Assembly: GCA_050012755.1 (NCBI GenBank)
Contig: JBEKGO010000009.1
Location: 1 to 57,195 of the forward strand
Origin: Candidatus Bathyarchaeia archaeon
GTDB lineage: Archaea; Thermoproteota; Bathyarchaeia; Bathyarchaeales; Bathycorpusculaceae
Reading direction: 5' to 3'
Length of the DNA: 57,195 nucleotides
Shown piece after piece: positions 20,128-30,027 of the stretch (position 1 is its first letter; the number at the start of each line of letters is the position of its first letter). The notes below the pieces were generated by a model. That model saw only the letters and a list, made by a program, of their open reading frames with translations, was not told the origin of the DNA and ran no database searches. The position numbers and the translations under genes are program-made.

Positions 20128-21249
20128 ATGACTGAATCAGTTCCAGACGTACCTCAGCCAAGAGAAAAATCATCCATGACTAAAAACACCTTAATGAAGT
20201 ACACACTCGTGGCACTTGCTGTTCTTGTCGGCATCTCTGCTCTTTCATGGTGGCCAACCTCCATAATTCTCGCAGCCATAGCAGTGGCAGTTGCAGTGAG
20301 CTCGGATTATGCGCTTTCTTTAGCAATGAAGTCTAAGGGACCTTTGAACACGATGTCTGCTGCTGTATTTGGATTGATTGTCGCTTTATCGTATACTCTT
20401 TCAAATCCCTCATCATACATTATGGGCACTTACTTAACTCCAAAATACCTGCCTGAACTGTTGCCAACCAAGGCGCCTTGGGCATTCGTCTACGTTGCCA
20501 TAATCGCCCTCGTTGGAGTGATTGTGTTTAAGAAACTTCAAGGAATGCTTGGGAGAAAATATGTTAACCCAGCCGCTGCGGCTAAACTTGTTGTTTTCCT
20601 TCCATTTTTGCAAACGGTCCTGCTTGCTTCAGCGCATGCAGATTCAATTTCTCTAGTTGGACCAATTGGATATCATATAGATATTCACAGTAGCAACCCA
20701 TTGTTTGGAGCCTTCGCCGGTGATGTTCAAGCATGCATGGGCAATATTTCATCGAGAGCTGGAATACTCACTGTGACACCGACTCAAATGTTTCAAACCC
20801 TTGCTCTACTAAAGTTTCATGGTTGGACAGGAGGCGCTTCAGCAATTGCCGTTATTCTGGTAGGTGTCAGCCTGTTTATCGTTGCCAGAAAATACGTTAA
20901 ATGGCGGATCACTCTATCCTACCTCGCTACCATCGTTGCAATGTCAGCTATTATGTTTGGCATTTACGGAGGCGACTTGCTATTGAGGATGGGCTTCGAA
21001 CTGTTTATTGGCAGTTCAATCTTTCTGGCGTTTTTTATGGCTACCGATCCAGCAACTACACCTTGGACTTACGTTGGACAGGTTGTTTTCGGCATCGGTT
21101 TAGGCGTGTTAACAGTTCTGATTCAAATGTACATGGGTTTTTTGGGCGGTTCCATCCTTGCCTTGATAATTATGAATCTGACCTCCCCATTACTTGACAG
21201 GATAGGAAGCAAAAAAACGTTGATTGCAACAAGTGTCCCACGCACCTAA
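20128..21249 (+). CDS. RnfD/NqrB-family membrane protein (stand-alone)
   Basis: SAAVFGL, NPA, GWTGG.S, WRI, FFMATDPATTP, N..SPLLD; about 10 hydrophobic segments. Confidence 0.85.
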   Translation: MTESVPDVPQPREKSSMTKNTLMKYTLVALAVLVGISALSWWPTSIILAAIAVAVAVSSDYALSLAMKSKGPLNTMSAAVFGLIVALSYTLSNPSSYIMGTYLTPKYLPELLPTKAPWAFVYVAIIALVGVIVFKKLQGMLGRKYVNPAAAAKLVVFLPFLQTVLLASAHADSISLVGPIGYHIDIHSSNPLFGAFAGDVQACMGNISSRAGILTVTPTQMFQTLALLKFHGWTGGASAIAVILVGVSLFIVARKYVKWRITLSYLATIVAMSAIMFGIYGGDLLLRMGFELFIGSSIFLAFFMATDPATTPWTYVGQVVFGIGLGVLTVLIQMYMGFLGGSILALIIMNLTSPLLDRIGSKKTLIATSVPRT

Positions 21250-21576
21250 GGCAATGTCTATTGTTCTTCAAGATTATTAAGCTGAAAAACTTCTGCTGAG
21301 TCTTTAGGCGCTATTTCCATTTTGTTAGTATTTCTTCTCGGCGGAAAGTGGCTACACTAAAGTTGAATAGGGCAAATCAACAAACAGGAAAACTCCAGAA
21401 ATGATCAGCAGGTTTTCAGTGTCGATCATCAAATTATCAACTATGCCCTTACTTCAATACTCAGATGGCTGTTTGTTATATTAAAACTTGAATACGCAGG
21501 GATTTACTTAGAACTGTTGGCAGAAAATTAATATCTGACGCTTGAGCATGGGTTTAGGAAATGTTGGTGTATTATA

Positions 21577-21792
21577 ATGAGTTTTGGACCAAAAGTCTTT
21601 AGCGGCATTCAAGAAGCTTTAGTTTTAGCATTAATGCTTGTGTCCGTTTTCGCAATTTTCTACCTTAATATTGACATTACCTACAAAATAGGTATGGTAG
21701 TAATTGTGTTCGCAGTAATCTTTCTAACCACATTAGCCACCCAAATACTAAGACAACAACAAGCAGAAGTCAAGAAAGCCGCTGCATCCTAA
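21577..21792 (+). CDS. Small two-TM hypothetical protein
   Basis: 71 aa with two hydrophobic helices. Confidence 0.7.
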   Translation: MSFGPKVFSGIQEALVLALMLVSVFAIFYLNIDITYKIGMVVIVFAVIFLTTLATQILRQQQAEVKKAAAS

Positions 21793-21800
21793 AACTGTCT

Positions 21801-21868
21801 TTTCACTTTCACTGCACCCTCCCCTGTTCGCCAATGTCGTTTCGACACTGCTTTAAATAGAGTCGAAA
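21801..21868 (+). promoter_or_regulatory. Promoter with TTTCACTTTCA box, TATA (21852-21859) and flanking TTTCGAC/GTCGAAA inverted repeat
   Basis: Direct reading: TTTCACTTTCA 21801-21811; TGTCG-TTT-CGACA 21835-21847; TTTAAATA; GTCGAAA 21862-21868. Confidence 0.55.
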
Positions 21869-21907
21869 TCGCATTTGCATCGTTCATGAACAGAGAGGAT
21901 AAAGAGA

Positions 21908-22627
21908 ATGTCTCAAAATTTAATTGTTAAACCTACAATGGCTCAAACATTTTTTTCATTAAACATGCCAGACGTAGACGAGCTTTTTCCTGGCTTTACA
22001 CCAGGCGACTTCGCCGTCCTTTATGGCTCACCATCAGTTATCTCATTAACTTCTTTACTCTGCATCCGAGCTCAATTGCCAGCGCAGCTTGGCGGCTTAG
22101 GAAGCAACGTTGTTTTCGTCGACGGCGGAAACACATTTAGACTCCACAAGATTGCCCGTTTAGCCCAACTGCACCATCTTAACCCAAGACAAGCGCTTGA
22201 ACGCATCTTTATTTCAAGAGCATTCACAGCTTACCAGTTAACTTCTCTTATACTTGATAAACTGGAAGAAACTGTACAGAAATATAATGCAAAACTTGTA
22301 GTCATTTCAGACATTGCAGGATTCTTCTTAGACGATGACATTCCTAATGAAGAAGCCCAAAAAGTCTACAGCCAAATCATCAACTACCTCTCAAGTTTCG
22401 CAAAAAAACACCAAATTATCTTAATTGCAACTTACCTTCCCAACTCTGAAAATAGAAGAAGTAGTTTATTCCAAGAAGTAACCTGTTCAAAAGCAAGAAC
22501 AGTGCTGTACTTCAGCAAAACCGCTTATACGCGTGAAATAACTTTAGAGAAACATCCATCCTTCGTTTTAGGCACAGCAGAACTTCCCTCCGAAAATTTA
22601 AAACTAACTGACTTCATGGGCGCTTGA
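21908..22627 (+). CDS. Inactivated RadA/Rad51-like ATPase (type normally PolB2-associated)
   Basis: QLPAQLGGL, VVFVDGGNTF, ISRAFTAYQL retained; Walker A degenerate (GSPSVISLT). Confidence 0.85.
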   Translation: MSQNLIVKPTMAQTFFSLNMPDVDELFPGFTPGDFAVLYGSPSVISLTSLLCIRAQLPAQLGGLGSNVVFVDGGNTFRLHKIARLAQLHHLNPRQALERIFISRAFTAYQLTSLILDKLEETVQKYNAKLVVISDIAGFFLDDDIPNEEAQKVYSQIINYLSSFAKKHQIILIATYLPNSENRRSSLFQEVTCSKARTVLYFSKTAYTREITLEKHPSFVLGTAELPSENLKLTDFMGA

Positions 22628-22628
22628 C

Positions 22629-22901
22629 GTGGGAAAAACAGTTGAATCCTATCGCATGGCAATTGAAGATGAAATACGGCGTTGGGATGGTTTCGCAAAA
22701 ACACTCCGCAGAGAAGATAGAGAAGCCTTCAACATGCTAATCGATGCTTGTAGAAATTATGCGTCAGCTGGAAGTAATGCCACTCAACCGTTACCTCTTG
22801 AACCAATGATGATGTCAATGTTTGTCTCGCAGCAGGTCTGCTTGCAGAGACTGAGGAAGGAATTAGGTGACCTCAAGCAGGCAACTCTGAGAGAGCCATA
22901 A
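22629..22901 (+). CDS. Small alpha-helical protein of the PolB2 operon (arCOG07300-like)
   Basis: MGKTVESYR...W..F...LR.EDREAF..L...R..A.A......P.E pattern; begins 1 nt after the RadA-like stop. Confidence 0.75.
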   Translation: MGKTVESYRMAIEDEIRRWDGFAKTLRREDREAFNMLIDACRNYASAGSNATQPLPLEPMMMSMFVSQQVCLQRLRKELGDLKQATLREP

Positions 22902-22915
22902 GAAACGGCTTAAAG

Positions 22916-23330
22916 CTAAAACCCTTCCAGAAGTCTGTCAAAAAGTACCTTACATCTACCAATTTCTTCCATCGAAGTGTTATGCGCAAGTTCCAATGTT
23001 ATCGGACCCACATAATTGTACTCATGCAACCGCGTGAGGAACGTAACAAGTTCAGGTTTTGGCTCGGTAAAAGGCTTATGCGCTTTGTTTGCCATATGAA
23101 CATTACACAAGCGCTGGCCATACTTGTCCAAAAGATTGTCTACCTGCCTTGTTTCCAAAGCGTGGCAAAAATCAAATGTTATCCCCATACCGCCATCATC
23201 AATTACGCCTAAGACCTCTTCCAGTAACTCTACGTTTTTGCCAAAACCAGTCGACGTATAAGACAAATTCTCCAAAGCCAACTTAATGCCTAAGCTTTTG
23301 GCAAACGGCTTGATTTCTTTATTAAAAATT
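22916..23330 (-). pseudogene. 3' half of a sugar-phosphate isomerase/AP-endonuclease-2 TIM-barrel gene
   Basis: LALENL, TFDFCHA, NVHM, H-x-P, GPITLE motifs; N-terminal half replaced by GNAT sequence. Confidence 0.75.
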
Positions 23331-23630
23331 CCTCTATGTCCATCAAAAGTTTCGTTGCGATGCCTTGGTTCTGGAAATCTGGGTGAACCATCAACCTGCC
23401 AATATGGCATGTGTTGTTCTTTTGTAATATTTGACTGAGACAATGATTTTTCCATCAGCAGTGACTTTCAAAAAAACATGAGTCTTAAATTTGTCTTTTA
23501 ATTCGTCTAGGCTTTCAACTAACGGAGGAATCTGAAAATCACCGTGCAATTTCGCTTCGCTTTTGTAAGCCAATTTTTGAAGCGTCAATATTTCTTCTGC
23601 ATCGTCGATGTTTGCTGTCTGGATGAGCAC
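23331..23630 (-). pseudogene. Frameshifted, truncated GNAT acetyltransferase
   Basis: DAEEILTLQKLAY.SEA..PPL..LDEL, then in another frame CHIGRLMVHPDFQNQGIATKLL (motif A); no normal C-terminus. Confidence 0.8.
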
Positions 23631-23899
23631 TTTGCTGCCCCTTACCTGTTAAGTGGTTGAGAATGGTAAAAGGTTTAGCTTTTTTCTTGGTCCCGTATTT
23701 TCCGTACGTGCTCATCGTGTATTGGGCTGCTTGCTTCATCCATGGCAGGTCTAAATTGGTGTTTCTTGTTTTTTCTTTGAGTCATGATTAGGGTTGAAGT
23801 GTTTTGTGGGGGATAATCTTGTGGTATCCAGCTGTTTCACTTTTCCCGTGCAAAATAGTTAATTTCTACCATCTCCAAATTAGTTGGCTGAGTGAGATA

Positions 23900-24193
23900 G
23901 TGCAAATCAAAGTCCGCTTCTTTACCAGTCTCAGAGAAATCGTGGACAGAAGAGAAGAAACTGTAAGCTTCGATCAAAACCAGGAGGTTACCGTTGACCT
24001 TGTTCTTAAAACGCTTGCAGAAAAATACGGCACCCCATTCAAAGAATACGTTTATGAAGGCAAAACAGCGAAGCCCAAAGGCTTCTTGCAATTTCTCGTT
24101 AACGGAAATAGCACCTCAACCCTAAACGGATTAGAAACTGAGCTTAAAGAGGGCGATTTACTGGCTATTTTGCCCCCAGTTGGCGGCGGTTAA
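23900..24193 (+). CDS. MoaD/ThiS/SAMP ubiquitin-like sulfur carrier
   Basis: VRFF..LRE, LVNG, L..GD..AILPPVGGG C-terminus. Confidence 0.92.
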   Translation: MQIKVRFFTSLREIVDRREETVSFDQNQEVTVDLVLKTLAEKYGTPFKEYVYEGKTAKPKGFLQFLVNGNSTSTLNGLETELKEGDLLAILPPVGGG

Positions 24194-24209
24194 TAGAAAA
24201 ATTGTTAGC

Positions 24210-25997
24210 TTACATTACGCCTGCCCAGAAAGGTATCTTTTTGCGCATCATCGAAATGTATTCTTTGAGCACTTCTTGCTCATCAGCCGTTAAATCATCC
24301 GCGTGTGCCTTCTGTAGTGCTTGTGCATCCTTTTCAGGAACTTTCACAAACAACACATCACGCTCAAAGACATGCCTGCCGGCGATCGGTTTATCCATCG
24401 AAATCGCAACTTCCATGCCCACCTTAGCTTCAGGTACAGCTTTTCCTTGATCCTGAATCTGGTCAATTTCACCTAAGTCGCTGCCATCTTCAACGCGCAT
24501 GAGGCCATATTTTGGCTTTAATCGTCCACCAAGTACTTCCACACCAACAACTAATGGCTTAGCCCTATGGAAAATGCAATTTGGCAAAACTCTGACCTTT
24601 CCAGGTTTAACAAGAGCCTCAAACTCTGCTTCACTCTTTGTTTCACGTTTGTTTTTAGCCCATTGTATGTAGGCGTCTATTAGATTGTAAATTATGGGTT
24701 GGTTGAAAATTGGGATGTTGTTGGCGTTGGCTTCTTCTTGTGCATCAGGCAGGGTTTTTACGCCGAATGCCAATATGGCGCCAACTAATGGTTCTCGTGT
24801 CTTCACTACCGAAGCCTCTATCACGTCGCGTTTGCTAATGTCGCCGACATCTGCAATTCTGACTTGAACGTTGTTGGCTTTCAAAATTTCAGCCATTGCT
24901 TCAAGCGAGCCAAGCGTGTCAGCTTTAACTATAACGCCCTCAATTTCTTTTTTAATCCTGATTCTGCCTATCTCTTCTGTAATAAGCTTGCAGTATTTTG
25001 CTGGATCCTCGCCTGGGGGCACAGCAAACAGGGGCGCACCAGCCAAAGCACCCTCTAAATCAGGCGCAACTACCTTAACCCCCGCACTTGCAATAACGCT
25101 GTCTACTGAAGTGAATTTGTCCCGTGGATCCCTCATTTCATCCAAAGGCTTGGGCACCAGAATCGCCCGTACCCGAGCTGAAATTGGACCATTTCGGCCA
25201 CCGACAACTATCAAATCATCTTTATGCAATGTGCCGTCATAGACGATGGCGTTTAACGTTAACCCTAACCCAGGTTCCTCCTTAACCTCCAGTATTGACC
25301 CCTTAGCGGCTCCCTCGGTTGTCTGTAGACGTTTCGTGAGAAACTGCTGAGTTAAACCAACTAAAACCATAACCAGTTCCGACAGTCCCTCGCCAGTTTT
25401 GGCGCTAGTAGGCACCAAAGCTACGTTAACTGTGAAATCTTTTATATGGTCAAATCGGTCAGTTTTGAAGGCTAACCGCGAAAACTCACCCATAACGACG
25501 TATAAACGGTTATCCAATGCTTCGCGCACAAAGCTGGATTGGGAAGCATAAGACTTCAAAAACGGTGCTCCCTGCTGAGCAACCCACCCGGGAATACGAT
25601 CGATTTTGTTGACTGCAACGATAAAGGGGGTTTTTCGGGCTTTGAGAATTTCTATGCACTCGTAAGTTTGAGCTTCAAAACCCCTCAAAGCATCCACGAC
25701 GAGAATTGCTATGTCGGCTACGCTTCCACCTCTGCGCCGAAGATTGGTGAATGCTTCATGTCCAGGCGTATCAACAATTAGTAAACCTGGAATTTCTATT
25801 CCAGTTTTAAAGTTGCTCAAGTAAGGTCCGATTAGTTGCTTCAGGGTTTCAACGGGGAAAAAACTGGCGCCAATATGCTGGGTCATGCCTCCGGCTTCAC
25901 GGGCTTGCACACTCGTTTTTCGTAGTTCGTCAAGCAGCGAGGTTTTTCCTGCATCGACGTGTCCAAGTACACATACTATTGGTTGACGAGTGGGCAT
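24210..25997 (-). CDS. infB: Translation initiation factor aIF5B (IF-2)
   Basis: RQPIV..LGHVDAGKT, TQHIGA, DTPGHEAF, NKID, KADTLGSLEA. Confidence 0.97.
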   Translation of the reverse strand: MPTRQPIVCVLGHVDAGKTSLLDELRKTSVQAREAGGMTQHIGASFFPVETLKQLIGPYLSNFKTGIEIPGLLIVDTPGHEAFTNLRRRGGSVADIAILVVDALRGFEAQTYECIEILKARKTPFIVAVNKIDRIPGWVAQQGAPFLKSYASQSSFVREALDNRLYVVMGEFSRLAFKTDRFDHIKDFTVNVALVPTSAKTGEGLSELVMVLVGLTQQFLTKRLQTTEGAAKGSILEVKEEPGLGLTLNAIVYDGTLHKDDLIVVGGRNGPISARVRAILVPKPLDEMRDPRDKFTSVDSVIASAGVKVVAPDLEGALAGAPLFAVPPGEDPAKYCKLITEEIGRIRIKKEIEGVIVKADTLGSLEAMAEILKANNVQVRIADVGDISKRDVIEASVVKTREPLVGAILAFGVKTLPDAQEEANANNIPIFNQPIIYNLIDAYIQWAKNKRETKSEAEFEALVKPGKVRVLPNCIFHRAKPLVVGVEVLGGRLKPKYGLMRVEDGSDLGEIDQIQDQGKAVPEAKVGMEVAISMDKPIAGRHVFERDVLFVKVPEKDAQALQKAHADDLTADEQEVLKEYISMMRKKIPFWAGVM

Positions 25998-26111
25998 GTT
26001 TTATTTCACTTCCGAATAACGTATTCAAAGTGACTAATGATTTTTTGGTTAATAAATGATGATGGAAGCATTTTTATTATCGAATCAGATTGTGGCTTGA
26101 TTGGTGGAAAG

Positions 26112-26429
26112 TTGGTTTATTGCACAAAATGTGGGGCTCCCTTGAAGGATGATGATGTTTTTTGCCTTAACTGCGGTGCGCGAGTAGCGAAGATAACTCG
26201 CGACGAGTTTACTGTTTCTAGCGGGGATTTAGTTGACCGTGTTAAAGAGTTGCTTCATGAGGGGAACGTTACTCGAGTCATTGTTAAAAACGATACAGGC
26301 AGAACATTGCTTGAGATTCCCGCGACCGTAGGCGTTGTTGGCGTAGTATTAGTCCCTTGGTTAGTGGCTCTAGGTGTTATTGCTGCCTTAGTTACTAACT
26401 GCCGCATTGTGGTTGAAAGAAGGGAGTAA
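26112..26429 (+). CDS. Zinc-ribbon + DUF4342 protein
   Basis: YCTKCG...FCLNCG; VKELLHEGNVTRVIVK...LLEIPATVG. Confidence 0.85.
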   Translation: MVYCTKCGAPLKDDDVFCLNCGARVAKITRDEFTVSSGDLVDRVKELLHEGNVTRVIVKNDTGRTLLEIPATVGVVGVVLVPWLVALGVIAALVTNCRIVVERRE

Positions 26430-26431
26430 GC

Positions 26432-26632
26432 CTATTCAGGCGGCTTAACCAAAAGCAAAAACAAGCCTATTATGAGCATAACTACGCTTATGACACCGAA
26501 AAATACACTGAAGGCGCCCAGCCCGCTTGTTGTTGCTGTAAAGTAAAGCATTAATGCGCCGATTATAATTAGTAGTAGTCCAAAGAATTTTTCGGCAAGC
26601 GATACCCAGAATGTGTCGCCTTCGTCACTCAT
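26432..26632 (-). CDS. Small two-TM hypothetical protein
   Basis: 66 aa with two hydrophobic helices. Confidence 0.7.
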   Translation of the reverse strand: MSDEGDTFWVSLAEKFFGLLLIIIGALMLYFTATTSGLGAFSVFFGVISVVMLIIGLFLLLVKPPE

Positions 26633-26888
26633 TGTTTTCGCCCTTTTTCTCCTTGTTATTGGCTACAATAAACATGATGGGTTATTTTAAATTATTTGTT
26701 GTCAGCAAGATTCCATGCAGACTTAAACTGGGTTTGGCCTGTTTGATTGAGATTTTTGTTAATAATTTTTTGAAGATTGTTCAGGATGACTGTTAAGTTT
26801 TCCAAATAATCTACAAATGGCTTATCAAAGAACTATGTTAAGATTCTCAATAATTTTAAAATTAAAAAGAAAAATTAAAAGGGGAAGT

Positions 26889-28547
26889 TTATTCTTCGCC
26901 CATGCCGCCCGGCATTCCGCCTGGACCACCAGGACCACCTGGTCCGCCTTTTGGCGCTTTGCTCGTGATTACGTCGTCTATACGTAGTATCATTGCTGCT
27001 GATTCCGCTGCTGATTTGATAGCTTGTTCTTTGACTACGATTGGTTCTATGACTCCGCTTGCGATGCTGTCCTGCAATTTGCCTGTGAAGACGTTGATTC
27101 CTAAGTTTTTGCCTTCAGCTGTGTCATGTTTTGAACGAAGCTCAACAAGGATGTCTATGGGTTCGAGCCCTGCGTTTTCTGCGAGTGTGCGTGGAATTAC
27201 TTCTACTGCATCTGCAAATGCTTCAACAGCTAATTGTTCTCTTCCGCCGACTTTTGTTGCGTACTTTCGCAGTTCTTTGGAAATTTCGATTTCTACTGCT
27301 CCGCCGCCTGGAACGATTTTGTTGTTTTCAATTACATCTGAAACCACTGATAATGAATCTATCATGGCTCTTTCTGCTTCGTCAACCATGCGTTCAAGTC
27401 CTGCACGGATGAGTATGGCTACGCTGTGTGGGTCTTTGCATTTCTCGACAAAGATCATTTTGTCGTCGCCGATTTTGCGTTCTTCAACTAAGCCTGCGAA
27501 GCCAAGGTCCGCTGCTTTGAAATCGTCTAAGTCGCTGCTTATTCTTGCGCCTGTTGCTCTCGCAAGTTTTTCCATATCGGATTCTTTTACGCGTCGTGCT
27601 GCCATTATGCCTTCTTTGGCTAGAAAATGCTGAACCATGTCATCTATTCCTTTTTGGCAGAAAACTATGTCTGCGCCCGAGACTTTGACTTTTGTAACCA
27701 TTTTTTGCATCATATCGTTTTCTTGGTCTAGGAATGCTTTCATTTGTGATGGATCTTTAATGCGGATTTCAGCGGTAATTTCTGTTTTCTCTATTTCTAA
27801 CGCTGAATCGAGGAGCGCAATTTTTGCGTTTTCCTTTTTCTTTGGCATTCCTGGATTAACGACTTCTTTGTCGATAATTATGCCTTGGATTAATTGGGTT
27901 TCTAGGAGGCTTTTGCCTGTTTTCTTGATCAGTTGAATGTTGTCTATATCAGCTATGGTTTTGTCGCCGCGTTGTTCTGTGATTTGTTTTACTGCATCTA
28001 TGGATATTTCTGCTAGGTGTTCTCTTGCTGCGCCGACTGCTTTGCTGCTCATTGATGTTAATGCAACTTTGAGGAGTGTTTTGCGGTCGTTTATGTCAAG
28101 TGGAACCGCTAATTTGTTTATGATTTCGATTGCTTTCTGCGATGCTTTGCGGTAGCCGCTGACTAGAATTATTGGGTGAATGTTTTGGTCGAGGAGTTCT
28201 TCTGCTTTTTTGAGCAGTTCACTTGCGAGCACTACTGCTGTTGTAGTTCCATCGCCGACCATGTCATCTTGTGTTTTTGCGATTTCAACCATCATTTTTG
28301 CTGCCGGGTGTTCAACGTCGATTTCTTTTAGGATTGCAGCGCCGTCGTTTGTTATTGTTATGTCGCCTAGGCTGTCGATAAGCATTTTATCCATGCCTTT
28401 TGGGCCTAAGGTGGTTTTGAGTACTTCGCCGATTACACGTGCGGCCATAATGTTGTTTCTCTGGGCTTCTTTGCCTCTACTTCGAGTTGTTCCTTCTTTA
28501 AGAATCAAGACTGGCTGTCCTGAACCTGTTGTTGTTAAATACGCCAT
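26889..28547 (-). CDS. Thermosome (group II chaperonin) subunit
   Basis: [29 protein letters not shown]-rich tail. Confidence 0.98.
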   Translation of the reverse strand: MAYLTTTGSGQPVLILKEGTTRSRGKEAQRNNIMAARVIGEVLKTTLGPKGMDKMLIDSLGDITITNDGAAILKEIDVEHPAAKMMVEIAKTQDDMVGDGTTTAVVLASELLKKAEELLDQNIHPIILVSGYRKASQKAIEIINKLAVPLDINDRKTLLKVALTSMSSKAVGAAREHLAEISIDAVKQITEQRGDKTIADIDNIQLIKKTGKSLLETQLIQGIIIDKEVVNPGMPKKKENAKIALLDSALEIEKTEITAEIRIKDPSQMKAFLDQENDMMQKMVTKVKVSGADIVFCQKGIDDMVQHFLAKEGIMAARRVKESDMEKLARATGARISSDLDDFKAADLGFAGLVEERKIGDDKMIFVEKCKDPHSVAILIRAGLERMVDEAERAMIDSLSVVSDVIENNKIVPGGGAVEIEISKELRKYATKVGGREQLAVEAFADAVEVIPRTLAENAGLEPIDILVELRSKHDTAEGKNLGINVFTGKLQDSIASGVIEPIVVKEQAIKSAAESAAMILRIDDVITSKAPKGGPGGPGGPGGMPGGMGEE

Positions 28548-28788
28548 ATTTGTTATCCCTACTTAATAGAACTTAATTTATTTCGGAAATAAGCAAAAAG
28601 TCTACGGAAATATAAACTTTTACCTTTAAAATGAATTGGTTATAACATCTGTCTAGTGGTTGTTGCACTTCTTGCCGCTCGAATCGTCTAAGCTAAAAGT
28701 ATTCCTCCGTCCAGGTAGTTATAATAGGCGCTCCTATTGCTGCGAGGTTGCAAAGGCTTTTTATCATGAAGTTGCCTCATGCTAACAT

Positions 28789-29334
28789 GTGACTGATATG
28801 AGCCTTCTTGAAACTGACGATTTTATAATGCAAAAGAAAATCCTCTCCGCCCGCGAACACTACGACTTTATTGATTTGAAAGGCAACAAGCTCGGCGAGG
28901 CAGACGGCAACATCATTCAGGTTCCACCCAAGTTTGTGTTCTTAGATAACCATGGATTTGAACTTATGCGCTTACAGGGAAAGATGCTTACAATGCGGAA
29001 CGAATTTACATTTTACGATTCAGCCAATGAAGAACTGGGAACAATAAAGAAAAAGATCGCCAAACTGATTGGAGAAGAATTCTGGATCGAAAAAAACGGC
29101 GTCGAGATCATGCGCATTTACGGAGACTTCACCGAACACGAATACCAGATGGATATCGCTGGGATGCCAGTTGCTAGTATTCATAAGAAATGGGTAACAG
29201 TTAGGGACCAACTGGGAGTATCAATAACTGGAGAAGTTGATCACCGAGTCGTTATCGGAGCAGTGATAGTAATAGAACACGTGGAAGTTACCGAGAGGCA
29301 ATCTCACTCAGGTTCATTCAACGTGAAAATTTAA
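28789..29334 (+). CDS. LURP-one/scramblase (Tubby C-like) family protein
   Basis: MQKKILS.R..Y, G.I.KK, GDF..HEY, ASIHKKW..VRD pattern. Confidence 0.8.
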   Translation: MTDMSLLETDDFIMQKKILSAREHYDFIDLKGNKLGEADGNIIQVPPKFVFLDNHGFELMRLQGKMLTMRNEFTFYDSANEELGTIKKKIAKLIGEEFWIEKNGVEIMRIYGDFTEHEYQMDIAGMPVASIHKKWVTVRDQLGVSITGEVDHRVVIGAVIVIEHVEVTERQSHSGSFNVKI

Positions 29335-29337
29335 CAT

Positions 29338-29682
29338 CTATTTTTTGCGTATGTTGCATTGCATGACTTTCGGACAGATTAAGCATTCGTCTTGTGATAG
29401 TATGCTTTCCCCCGGTGCATGTAGGAGCCCGCTGAAGTGAGCACATTTGGCTGGTGAATCAAAAACTGTGGGATATTCGGTTGGTCTGACGCTGATTATT
29501 TTTGAGTTGTCAGTTCTTATGTCGAGTTTTGACATGCAGTACGGACAAGCGTAGTGTTCTTGCCTGGGAATCACTGATGTGTCTGTTATAACGGTTGGCT
29601 TGTCGAATTGTTTTTCGCAGCCTTTGTATGGGCATTTTAGCTTTTCTTCGTGGTGCCCGCCGAAAAGTTGCATGTCAGTCAC
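29338..29682 (-). CDS. Small multi-Zn-finger protein
   Basis: CPYKGC..F.KP, YACPYC, CAHF.G.L, ECLIC....C. Confidence 0.8.
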   Translation of the reverse strand: MTDMQLFGGHHEEKLKCPYKGCEKQFDKPTVITDTSVIPRQEHYACPYCMSKLDIRTDNSKIISVRPTEYPTVFDSPAKCAHFSGLLHAPGESILSQDECLICPKVMQCNIRKK

Positions 29683-29953
29683 TTCCTTGATGCATTAGAC
29701 ATCGAGTATAGCAATATTTAATAAACCTTACCGCTAAACAGGCAACTTTGCTCACAGCACAACACAGATACAATAAACCAAATAAACACTTATTCAACAA
29801 ATGTAAAACCAAGTAATAATTCCCCCAACGTTACAACATCTTCAAGAGCCAAGACTCATTGTTTGTGCAACTGTGCATAATAATTATGAACAAATCTCAA
29901 TCACTATTATATCCCATAATGACTAACTTAGTATCAAAAAGATAGGTGGAAAA

Positions 29954-30016
29954 ATGGAAGAAACATCTCCAAAGAAAACAACTCCAAAAGAAGCAGTATA
30001 CTTCCCTCATGTGTAG
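29954..30016 (+). CDS. Possible 20-aa micro-ORF MEETSPKKTTPKEAVYFPHV
   Basis: AGGTGG RBS-like element just upstream of the ATG. Confidence 0.35.
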   Translation: MEETSPKKTTPKEAVYFPHV

Positions 30017-30027
30017 GAGAGAAAAAA

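Noticed and set aside
26902-28566. Long plus-strand ORFs (243, 99, 72, 128 aa) over the thermosome gene
   Set aside because: Antisense shadows of a highly biased coding sequence; no independent motifs
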